64,000 nt of DNA, taken from positions 868,001 to 932,000 of the forward strand of contig CM022677.1 in assembly GCA_012295275.1 (NCBI GenBank), read 5' to 3'. The translations under genes were made by a program, and so were the position numbers. Of this stretch, positions 41,949-58,446 are shown in pieces. Position 1 is the stretch's first letter. The number at the start of each line of letters is the position of its first letter. The notes under the pieces are model-generated. The model was not told the DNA's origin. It saw only the letters and a list, made by a program, of their open reading frames with translations, and made no database searches. The DNA comes from Chrysomallon squamiferum. Its lineage: Eukaryota; Animalia; Mollusca.

Positions 41949-42771
41949 ATTTAAAAGAAAAAATTGTATGACTACAAGAAAATGAAATTTAAAAGAAAAA
42001 ATTGTATGACTCTACTTTACAAGAGTATTTATAAATAATGTCCGTTTTGGGATAAAATATATAGAAACATTTCTGTATAATATATTATCAATAGGATTGG
42101 AAATAAATATATAATTTTATGTACTGTACGTTTCGAAAACGGTATATTGTGGGTCCTCAGTCTTTTGTGAGACGTTGCATTAATCGAAAACAGAAATTGG
42201 TGTATCAATAACTATATTTTTATACGATAATGTTTTCTTCCTGTCAGTATTATTAGTCTATGCTAATTTAAAAAAGAAGTGTTTATGCTAATTTTTACAT
42301 GCATGTTTTTTCTCACCTCAATGGAAATGCTTCATCGCTTTTTCCGGGTGGACCATAACCGCTTAATCCCGAAATATTCCGAGCAGAGCCAAATTTATTT
42401 ACGATGTCTTCCGAAAGTTGGCTAGAAAGATTAGCGGTTACTTTATAACAACAAGGAGGACAGTTGCAATTATCAGTATCTGCAAAGCCTTCTCCTGTGG
42501 GATTTAAATAAAACACAAAGTTATTTAAGTCAGAAATACCATGAGGCGTGCTCAGAAAAAGTATATCGGGCGATAAAGAAAGAATCGTCTGACCGACTGA
42601 TTTGCAGGCTTCGTGAATTTTCCACGCTTCTTGTTTTGCTGTGTGGTTGGTTGTATTGAAATGTTTCGGATCCAGAGCAATTCCGCCGTGCGGCAGAACG
42701 AACCCGGCCAGTAGTTTGGAGAAAGATAAATCAAGTGATGTGAAAAACACAATCACAACTGCAAAAAACAT
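38970..42771 (-). CDS. Secreted-type LigB / MEMO1 (class III extradiol dioxygenase-like fold) protein, 308 aa. Exons 42317-42771, 41741-41865, 39539-39669, 38970-39185
   Basis: Four GT-AG exons splice in frame (455+125+131+216 = 927 nt). Motifs VLPHG, LSTPHG, LRWGEVIPL, VVVIISADLAHTH, ALSCG..G and YYGMMVA are characteristic of LigB/MEMO-like proteins. The N-terminus MFFAVVIVFFTSLDLSFS is hydrophobic. Confidence 0.8.
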
Positions 42772-42904
42772 CTCGACTTTCTATTTCGTTCTTAAATCAT
42801 ATGACTCTAGAGTTACCCTCCCTTCTGTGTTTTTCCTTAAAGAGCAACAATAGACCTGAAGGAAATAGTATTTTATTTGTATAATGATAATCGATAGGAA
42901 TTAA
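39971..42904. repeat. Segmental duplicate (copy B) of 33943-38121
   Basis: Same colinear sequence. It lacks the MITE and ~35330-35775, and carries an extra ~320 bp at ~40402-40718. Confidence 0.92.
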
Positions 42905-42953
42905 AAACCGAGCTCGTTATAAGGATCAGGAGTGAACTAATCCGTCAGTTTGG

Positions 42954-42988
<35 letters not shown>

Positions 42989-44199
42989 TTAATAAATAAT
43001 AAATAAATAAATGAAAAAATAAATAAATAAATTCGTATACATTCTGAGAAGATCTTAAAACCGTTGCTTTAACTGGATTTCTTTGACTCTAATTTTGGAT
43101 TAAACAGACCCGTCTGGAACATCTGAATGGTTTTTTCTGCAACTTTTCTTTGTAGACATTTTAAACCGATCTGCCACCGATAATCATTATTTGATTAACG
43201 TCAACAAAAAGAAATACGTGACATTTTAGGAAATAAAGATTTAGAATTAATGGATGGAAATAACATAAATAGTCATCTTTAACTATCCTGCAAAATAATC
43301 AGCAAAATGGAGAATTATGTCAATTAATAATAATATTATAGTCTTGTATTAGTATTTATTTCTAGTGAGTGAATTGATGTTTTGGTCCTAGCGGTACGTT
43401 ACGGTTTGTGAAGGGTGGACAGAAACTATAAACCTCTTCATGTTTTTATAATAATTATCCTTTGTTCCATGACAATTTTGAACATATATGCACTGTGCAT
43501 GCAGTTTCTTATTGTGAAAAAAAATAATAGAGAAAGGTTTTAACTATTTATTACCCCTACCTTAATTCAGGTTTAACTTCTAATTCAAAGTCTTCTTATG
43601 CTGTAACATATATATATATATATATGTACCGATTTACCGATACCATCCTGGCCACCTATATAAAGCTATTAATTCAGTAAAGAAAGATTGTGTTTTTGGT
43701 AACATAATTTAATAATATACAGTAATGAGATTGAGTGTCATATGTAAATATAACAATTTAGAGAAAATAAACATGTTATTTTTAATTGCTAGAAACATTT
43801 CTCGCTCGCTGCTGACAGAAAAAATAGACATAAACGGGAAACTACAAATTAAGGAAACACATTCTGTCTGCGTACCCCTGCCCCTGCCCCTCCATCCCCG
43901 CTATTAACATCATGAAATACTGTAAAGTAATCTGAAATTCATTTTCTGAAAAGAGTTGGTACATCGCCTGATATTTAATACAATGTACACAAAACTGCAT
44001 ATATCACATTCAGCAGTTAAGAGATCTAGAAGTGTATACTGAAAGTTGAATACACAGAGGGAATCATTAATACTGAAATAAGATAATTTATGTTATCAAT
44101 AAAGGCAAATATTTAATAATGTTATTTGAAAGTTATACGCAAGAGCAATACAATGCAGTGATATTTTCAGCTTGCAACGTTATATTTTACTTATTTATT

Positions 44200-44283
<84 letters not shown>

Positions 44284-45778
44284 TTTATTTATTTATTTAT
44301 TTATTTTTAATAAAAGTGTTGTTTTCTTTCACGGTTTCTAAAACTCGACTCGGACGCACTGAACATTTGCTTCCCTGTTGGTTGACGAAAGACAAACGGG
44401 CTGTTGAGTTTATAATCCATTTACCTGACATAACACCATAATGAGTGCACACACTTTTCTACACTTAATCACGTGAAGTCACAGCAAAGCAATCCATCAT
44501 TTTATTAGCAGGAAATTTTATTTTGCCTATGGTAAGAAAACGAAGTAAATCATAGATATAAACCTTAAGGCTTATCTCATATGCCACTTGATAATCATAA
44601 TATATAGCAAGTGATACAAGCCTCAGGATGTATGTAATCTTAAACAGTAAAAACACTGAGATCGAGATAACAGATAACAGTAATCAAATAAATAAACAGT
44701 GAAAACATATAACGGTATGAATAATAATAGTACTTATTCTCGAAAATATACAAGATGGGAAGATCAAAATGTGTTTAAAAATGTTAATATATGAAAACTG
44801 TTTTAAGAAAAGAAAGCATCTTTTTCTTCAAGAGGACTGTTTCGCTTTTCCGATTTAAAATAAGGAGCTGTCGGCTGTTTTTAAATCGTTTTTGTATGAA
44901 ACAATAGAAAATAATTTTTAACCAGTCCTGTTTCATACACGTGTGAATAGAAGTAAAATATTACTCTTACGTCAGTTCTTCAGTTTGATATAAAATTCAC
45001 GCACGAATGAACTGATAAAAACATTTGCCACATTTAAGAACGTATATCTACGGCTTGCGGCAACTTTACCAGAGTTTTAAATCACTCGAGCTGAAAAAAT
45101 ACAAAAGATATATGCATGACATAAAATGTCATCGTAATAAACATTAAAAAAATGTTTTTAAAAGAAAAGATGATAACGTCAGAGTTGGTCATGTTACGTA
45201 GGGCAAATCAAATTATCAACTCAATGTAGAACACACGGAGAATGAGTCAAGGTCAGTGACACGTCATTAATATGGCGTGAAACACACTGTCTTGAAACAA
45301 ACAACTCTCCGACTCAGAGCAGACGTCGTCGGCTGCTGAGGTCACGTGGGATACGCAGCCATTCTCAGTGGAGGCCTGAATCGGTTCTCGTTGGCTGACT
45401 GCATGATGTGGATCTACGGCATCCTATTGGTGTTTTACAGGGGACGTGTCCGTAATACTGAATTTCATTCACTCAGTGTTAAATTTCATATATTCTGGTA
45501 ATTTCTATTTCAGTGGGATTTTTTATTTTTATTTTTATTTTTTTCTTGTTTTTTAGTTTCATTCAGCCTCCGGATTTTTAGCATCGGGATGTAAATTAAA
45601 TCACAGTATTGATTAGCTTCCCCGAGAATTAATTTAAATCACATCAAATTATTGCCAACACTATCAGTCATAGAGTGCACGATTTTAATGGTCATATCAT
45701 CCATGTAAATTACTGAATTTGATCAAAATGTATAATTTATACAGAGAAACAAATTCAAATAAACTGAATTACTAAGTT

Positions 45779-45819
<41 letters not shown>

Positions 45820-47733
45820 ATTAAATTCTATAAAAAAGCAGTAAAGAATGATGCAAAAAATAATATATAAAACAAAAACTTTATTCCCGGACAAGCTGCA
45901 TTCTTCAGCTGATCTCGGTAATAAACACAATTTATCAATGTATTACAACATTTGTTTTAAAAAGAACAAAAAGAGAGAAAACCCAAATAATTAAACAAAT
46001 AAATATTTAACTGAAATTTTACAACATATCACATTAATATGTGAGCTAATAAAAAAATAACGCATAAAATTTAAAAATAAAAAGGAAAATGTAAATGATT
46101 TGTACAAATTTAACTCTCAAATATTAAAACACGTAAATTTTTTTTTATAGCACAATTTTAGACCGTCACCATCTCACAGTATTATTATTATTATTATTTT
46201 ATTAGAAATGAGGGAAGGCCATGATGCAAATTAATATTCTGTTAAAAAATTGTATATATAAAATTTTAAATTAATAATATCAAGATTTTAAATGTCAGTC
46301 TCCACTCCCATAATGCTATTAAAACGGTATTTATTTTTTAATTTATGAACATCGCCTTACCACCTGGCAGTGAGAATTAGTTACTGACGTCACGATTACG
46401 TTGGAGCGTTGGAGACAGACATTTTGCTCAACTTCCTATCAACAAGGAGGTGCGTACCATGAAACTAACCAAAGACTTGATTATAGTGTGGAAGTCTGTC
46501 GGTTATCATTCATGAAACTGGTCTAACTCAGAATTATTTATCATGGAATAACTAGACTACGTAATTGATTTTCCCCTAAGAAATACATTTCGAAAGATTA
46601 TGTATTTTATAAATATCTTTTAATGGAATGTTTATTTATTTTATTTTTTATATTATTATTTTATTATTATTATTATTACTTTTTTTTTTTTTTTTTTTTT
46701 TATCTGTAAACTATTGATCGTTATCCAACGCTAATTACAAACAGTAATTCTAATTTCATTCAAATATATACATATAAAATGAATAAATAAAAGTAACAAA
46801 TGTATCATTAACTTGTCACACTTTTAAACTTCAAAGATGTTGAAAAGCAGTGATTTATGTGTGTATACATTCACATAATTTGAAGCAAAAATTTTGTAAC
46901 CAATCTATTAGAATTCCTTTCAATCACTTTAGATAATATGAAATAAAATTATGTCTTTATAACATTCAGAAGAATTTTATAAAACAGTGTTCTAGATTTT
47001 TACTTATGCTTGTAAAATAATTTACAGATACTAAAATTATTTTAACCAAAACAGAAAGATGTTCACAAAATTAATCAAACCTAAATAATTCTGAAAAAAA
47101 GGAAATCCAACAATGATTTTAAAATATGAAGATAAATAATAATGTAATAATAAAATAAAATTAAAAATTAAAATTAAAAAATTAAAAATAATATAAAAGA
47201 TAGGATTCATGAAAAATTCAGGATATCAACAGCAAGTTTTAGTATAGGTTATAAGTACACATGATATACATGTCAATAAACATTACACAGAATAGATACT
47301 TATAACAATGAAAAATTTCTTTTAACTGGGAAATTTTTTGAACAAAAAAGAAATTATCCCTGAAAAATGTTTTCAGAAGGTAAAGTTTGAAACCATAATA
47401 AAATTCACCTAATAAAAAAACAAAAAAACCACCAACATTTTAAATAAAAAACCCAGACATAAATAATTACCAATTTTCTCACATATTTGAAGTTAGCCCC
47501 ACTTCAGATCTAAATAAAATGTTAATACAGTCTTTGCTTGACTTGACCAAGTTTCTTTTATTTAAAAAAAAAAAATTAAAACCATTTTTGATTATTTATT
47601 CATTTTGTTTTGTGTTTTATGTTGTTGTTTTTATCCGTCTCAGCCTTAGTCATATCTTTATGTAACAATGAGCTGTACAAGACAATTTTTTTTTTGTTCC
47701 TTGACAAGAAACATAAGTCATTTAGAATTTGGT

Positions 47734-49197
47734 TTAGCTGACAGTGTGACTGCGAGGTTTACCTCGTCCAAATCCTCCATAGAATCCTTGAGATCCATCC
47801 GGTCCCCGTGGCAACCGGACAACACCTTCCATGTCCAACATTTTGGGAGCTCCTAACACATTCCTTCTGGCAAGGTGAGGACTTCCAGATGGACTTTTTT
47901 CTTTCATTTCTTGTGCTGCTTTCATCCGACGCTGCACCCAGGGGCTGGAGGGAGTGCTATCTCCACCCCCACCTGAAGAATCCAGCTGTTTTCTTGTTAC
48001 TTCTGGACTGCTCCTGGGGCTGAGTCGGGAGTCGACATACTCTGCAAGGGGTGATTTGCCATGACTGCCCTTGTTCCGCCGCTGGCTTCTTGGACTTGAC
48101 TTTGGTGTGGTGCGAGGAGAAGATCTTGGGGATGGGGTAGGGCTGAGATGATTTGGGTCAAACTCTTTTGCTTTTGGGTTCAGCGTTGACACAATGACAA
48201 CATGCTCGGCCTCTGAACCACTACTACTACAACATGAGGAATCACCCACAAGTTCATCAATTCGTGACTTTTTCTTCCTTCCAGCACGCTTTCTCTTTTT
48301 CTTGTCACCTTTTTCTTCATCATCTGGGGAAACATCATCCTTTTTTTCATTTGATGTCTTTTTTTCCTTCTTTTTGGGAGTGGCTAGAGCCATGACTCTC
48401 AGCCCATTTCTCCAGTCTTCACTGTTCGTCATATCACAAGCAGCTTTTGCATATTCATATTTCTCAAACTCTACTACAGCACAAACTGTCGTTCCTATTT
48501 CAGGGTGTCGCGTGCAATGTTTTTTAACATCAGGTGGTAAAGATTTTCCTGGTCGCAATATCCTAATAAGAGCTATATCACCGCATTTTGAGAATATATC
48601 GGCCACTGTTTCAATGCTGGGGTTTTCTGTTGGCAGGTTTACGGCTACTACACTCCGCGATGGCGTGGTTTCGTCAAATTCCGGTAAGGGGTCTTTCCGA
48701 CATACCTTCGTTCCTTCTTCGTTCACACTCAAACGTTCTGACAGGCGCAAACTGTATGCGACAACACGATAGTCTTTTGTCATGGATTTTAACTTTTTGA
48801 AAGAGGTTATAAGTTTCAAGCTGACATATCCGAGTTTATTTCTTCTAACGTGTTTCAGTAGGAAAGCATCCTTCAGCAAATTTTCGTCAGAAAAATAGAA
48901 CTCTACTTGTTTAATAATTTTGTCGCGAAGTTCGTCGTCTGGTGGAACAAAATCCGTATCCGCATTTTCTGTGGTATGTTCATCTCCTTCGGACACGTGA
49001 CTGCCAAATTCCTCCTCGCTGGTGTACGAAAAGTTACTGTTTGTGTCGTTTTCGTCTTTTAGCTGTTCGACACGAAGTACGGGAGGTTTTAACGTTATTT
49101 CTGAGCCCGTCGTACTAACCTCGTGGTCAGCCGAGTTGTCAATATTGACACTATTACCACTTTCTTCGACTGCGAAGACGGTCGTATTTTCGCTCAT
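47734..49197 (-). CDS. LARP6: La-related protein 6 (Acheron), intronless CDS, 487 aa
   Basis: La motif (KIIKQVEFYFSDENLLKDAFLLKHVRRNKLGYVSLKLITSFKK), RRM (SRSVVAVNLP...CAVVEFE), SPWVQRR and C-terminal LSA motif VVRLPRGPDGSQGF. Confidence 0.95.
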   Translation of the reverse strand: MSENTTVFAVEESGNSVNIDNSADHEVSTTGSEITLKPPVLRVEQLKDENDTNSNFSYTSEEEFGSHVSEGDEHTTENADTDFVPPDDELRDKIIKQVEFYFSDENLLKDAFLLKHVRRNKLGYVSLKLITSFKKLKSMTKDYRVVAYSLRLSERLSVNEEGTKVCRKDPLPEFDETTPSRSVVAVNLPTENPSIETVADIFSKCGDIALIRILRPGKSLPPDVKKHCTRHPEIGTTVCAVVEFEKYEYAKAACDMTNSEDWRNGLRVMALATPKKKEKKTSNEKKDDVSPDDEEKGDKKKRKRAGRKKKSRIDELVGDSSCCSSSGSEAEHVVIVSTLNPKAKEFDPNHLSPTPSPRSSPRTTPKSSPRSQRRNKGSHGKSPLAEYVDSRLSPRSSPEVTRKQLDSSGGGGDSTPSSPWVQRRMKAAQEMKEKSPSGSPHLARRNVLGAPKMLDMEGVVRLPRGPDGSQGFYGGFGRGKPRSHTVS

Positions 49198-49370
49198 TTC
49201 TGTCCCTGTTTTGTTCCTGGCAATAATATAGAAAAATATATATTACCTGGTAGCGTAAAGGAGACAAAAAGCAGCTGTTTTCAACGCAGCCGAGCCACAC
49301 CAACTTCGCTCCCAACTCCAGTTTCTTTACGGAAATATTGCGTGTTCCAGCCTCGTTTTCAAATAGTATA

Positions 49371-49391
49371 TTTATAGAAACTCTGACGTCA
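49371..49391 (-). promoter_or_regulatory. TATA box plus adjacent palindromic CRE upstream of LARP6
   Basis: TATAAA on the minus strand at 49371-49376 and TGACGTCA at 49384-49391, about 175-195 bp upstream of the ATG. Confidence 0.55.
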
Positions 49392-49992
49392 CATTAATCG
49401 CTTTTTATATCAGTGAGAGAGTTTCCTAGTAAACATGAAGAAGCTGAAATACAAAATAATTCAATGTTGTTGGAATTTTATTATTTTTTAAAACTGTTTT
49501 GTATTATTATTAGTAGTATTATTAAACTGCTGATTTAAAGTTGTTTGTTGACAGTTTAACGATCTACCAGACAACTAGCAATTACATACGATGTTTCGTT
49601 ATTTAGTAAGTGAACTATATTCTTGTGAAGACAACGTTCGTCATGGTGAACTTTTAATTGTTTCCGTTTAATTTAGATTTTTGTACACTTCGCTGTATAA
49701 ATCGATGAGTATAATAGTTTCACTGAAACACAGCTATCTACATTAGAAAAGAAATATCCCGTTGAAAATAAAATATATTTTTTGCTAATAATAATTTAAA
49801 ATAATATCTCACCGAGAGAGAGAGACAGATAGAGAGAGAGAGCTTATCAACCCTGTAGTTACATTAGTAAGTGCATTATAAAACATAAGCATATTCCTAA
49901 TATTATTTCATTCCTGTATTAGTATCAATGTCTGCCTTATTCAGCCAGTGTAGCGACATTTTAATTGCCATAATTTTTTTAAATTATAATTC

Positions 49993-50005
49993 GTTTCCAA
50001 GCAAC
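49993..50005. promoter_or_regulatory. RFX X-box candidate upstream of DNAAF4
   Basis: GTTTCCAAGCAAC. A second candidate, GTTTCCTAGTAAAC, is at ~49421 and a half-site ATGGTAAC at ~50568. RFX regulation is typical of ciliary genes. Confidence 0.45.
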
Positions 50006-50604
50006 GAAGACATATTTCGTGAATTTCTACAATGGTGTTTATTAGCCCGCATTTATGACGCACGAAAAGTTATTTCTAAACCCAAACATCTGTATATACA
50101 ACACAGAGAAATATAGACAAAAACATTCTGCTCACACACAAACATACATACACACATACTGATTAAAAATAATATAATTTATAATGACTTGGGTATTGCA
50201 CGAAAGATAGTTAAAATTATCAAATAAAATTATTTATTATAACACGCCAGTCATCATAATATTTAAAACGTCAGTGTTATTATTCAGAATATGAAATGTA
50301 AATACATATTCTCCATTATTAAAAGTAAGAGTAGTAGCTATATTTATTTATTTATTTACTTATAACTGTATAATAAGACATTATTAATTATGTTTTTAAG
50401 ATTAAATTTAAAATATTAAGCTATTAATTAATTAGTTAAGTCACGAATAGATAACACCTTTTCTTAATTCGACTGCTTTTGGTTTCTGAATTTACCATAA
50501 CTACGGGCCAACATGTGACGAAGGCGGAATTTGTTTCGTACAAAACCGGAAACAAATAGGTGCTTGGATGGTAACCGACGTACTCTGTTAATTATATTAT
50601 AATC

Positions 50605-56030
<5,426 letters not shown>

Positions 56031-57164
56031 TAAAAACCATCCTGATCTGAAACAATAAACCTAAAAATAAAACAAAAATTTCAACATGTAACAAAATGGC
56101 AGCAAAACTAAATGAATACAATTAATCAAAACCAAACAAGACAAATAAAAATATTTTTTGAAAATTAGATCTGAGTAAGCAGAGAAATGTTATTTTTGTG
56201 AGTGACTGCTGTCAGAACTTTGAAGTTGATTGAACTTTCTGAAGTTATTAATAGTTTTGAACAGTGACAGATTTTTTAATAAATAAATTGAACATCAGTA
56301 ATCTTTTAAGATATATTTTTTATTCTTAACTGGAATTTGGGATAAAATAGATTCTGATTGTAAGTCATACAAAAATCAATGAAACTCGCAATAAAATAGT
56401 GCAATATCATCACAGTGTCCTCACTTACATTCAATCATTTGTTCATCACAGGCATGTCTAAAGAAATAATACATGGGAATGTGATTCCTTAAAACCAGTC
56501 TTTAAAAATAATCATCATACTGTGTTTCTGTTAGAAACCATAACAGAATTAAAACCTGTCCTGTACTAGGCAGATACTCCAAGTGTAAATTTATTATATC
56601 CTGTTCTGTATGATATAATTTTTAATAATATTTATTTATCTGTAATTGTTTGGTTTGTTTGTTTTTTGTTTTTTTTTGGTTTTTGTTTTTTTTTTTTTTT
56701 TTGTTTTTTTTTTTATATAAATTTGTGAACTAATTGAAAATAATTTCTTTTATTTGTATATAAGAACAAAAATATAATCATATCTCTTGTTTTAATTTTC
56801 GAGTTCTGTTTTCATTCATTTTACATCTATAAAATACAGACAGTTGGGTTAGTACGTATTTTATGCCAAACTATATTTTGTATCATATATGTTTTGTAAG
56901 AAAATTTAAGAAATGTGTTTTAATAATCATAAAAATTAAAATAAACAAATTTCATTGCTGAGTTTTTTGTTGTTATATTTTGTTGGTTTTTCTGTTTTCA
57001 TGTTTGTTTTTGATAACCTATTTTCGTTTGTTTTACAAAAACAGGAAAAGGAAATTAAAAGGGACATTCATAATTATGAACTCAGTATGTTAAATTTTGG
57101 TCACTGAAGAATTATAAAATCGTTTGTTGTACTCTGTGTATCCATGCATATAGATGATATACAT

Positions 57165-57214
<50 letters not shown>

Positions 57215-57322
57215 TCCCATTTATCTCAATAATAGACCCACTAGGCCTTTGAAAATCAAGTAAATTTTGAAATGTTTTCTATAAAAAATTATATTTCAAA
57301 TGAAATTAATTAAACGTACAAT

Positions 57323-57358
<36 letters not shown>

Positions 57359-58446
57359 AATAATAAGGTAATAATGGTAAATGTAGTGTTTCAATTTATT
57401 ACATTGGTGACAAAAATAAAGATAAAGAAAATAGCATTTGACATGTCCTTGACCTTTAAGTTACTTCTTTGGTGTGATGTTATTTTTCATTAAAATGGTG
57501 GCTTTTGCTTCGCTAAGAAAAGTTGAAAACAGTTTTTAAAGTCAGGTATATTTTACAATATTATTTAGTATTATAAGTAGTGTATATGGTAATGTTTATT
57601 CTCATAAAAATCGGACTGAAGTGATTATTTATATCATCATGATTATACAAACGTTACGGTAACCATAAACGAGGTTACTCATTTTGGTGATATTGATAAT
57701 GATGATGATGATACATTCTTGCTCGGATTACTGACTAATGTTCTAAATTCTAAATTAAAGTAAACATTTTATGCTTGTATTGAAACTGTTTTTTATTATT
57801 ATTATTTCGTTCTTAGTTTCGTAATTTCAATATCCGATTCTGAGATTGAGATTGTAGAATAGATACAAATATATTTGTACTTTTTTGTAGAACAATAAGA
57901 AAACATAAATAAAATTATAGTATTATAATATAATGAATATTATTATACTACACGCATTTATATTTTAAGGTCAGAATATATAATGTAGGTAATGTTGCAG
58001 TTTGGATGTCAGCAGACGTTTTTCTGAATGTTTTTCTGCAGTTTAAATTTGTTTCCTTCTGTTGCTAGTGGAAGTATTATAGAATAAATGATGTTTAAAA
58101 TAGGTCACATGAATATGTTTATGTCCTGTATGGCAAGTAAGACAGTTTTTTCTACTCATATATAGGGCTGTCCACGTTTATAGTTTTCTGCAAACCAATG
58201 AAAAAGTAATCAAGTCTTAGTCCATGAATTTGTACTAATGTTTTTACTTTGGGGTTAATTTTGTTTCTGCTTCTCTAATGATGGCTATATTTTTGGTTCC
58301 AATTTGATTGAGGTTGTGATTATATTATAAATATATTTCTTCAATGGTTTAATGTTGTTAAATATTAGGCAGTTAAAAACAAGGAACATTTTCAGTTACA
58401 CTAACTGAAATATTGTTTATTATTTTAGAATTCCTGTGGCCTGGTG

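Noticed and set aside
48194-48772. 192-aa plus-strand ORF (and the 204-aa minus ORF at 58782-59396)
   Set aside because: Antisense shadows of the LARP6 and BTBD coding regions.
57496-57545. Upstream ATG as an alternative BTBD start
   Set aside because: In-frame TAA before the donor at ~57546; more likely a 5' UTR exon or uORF.
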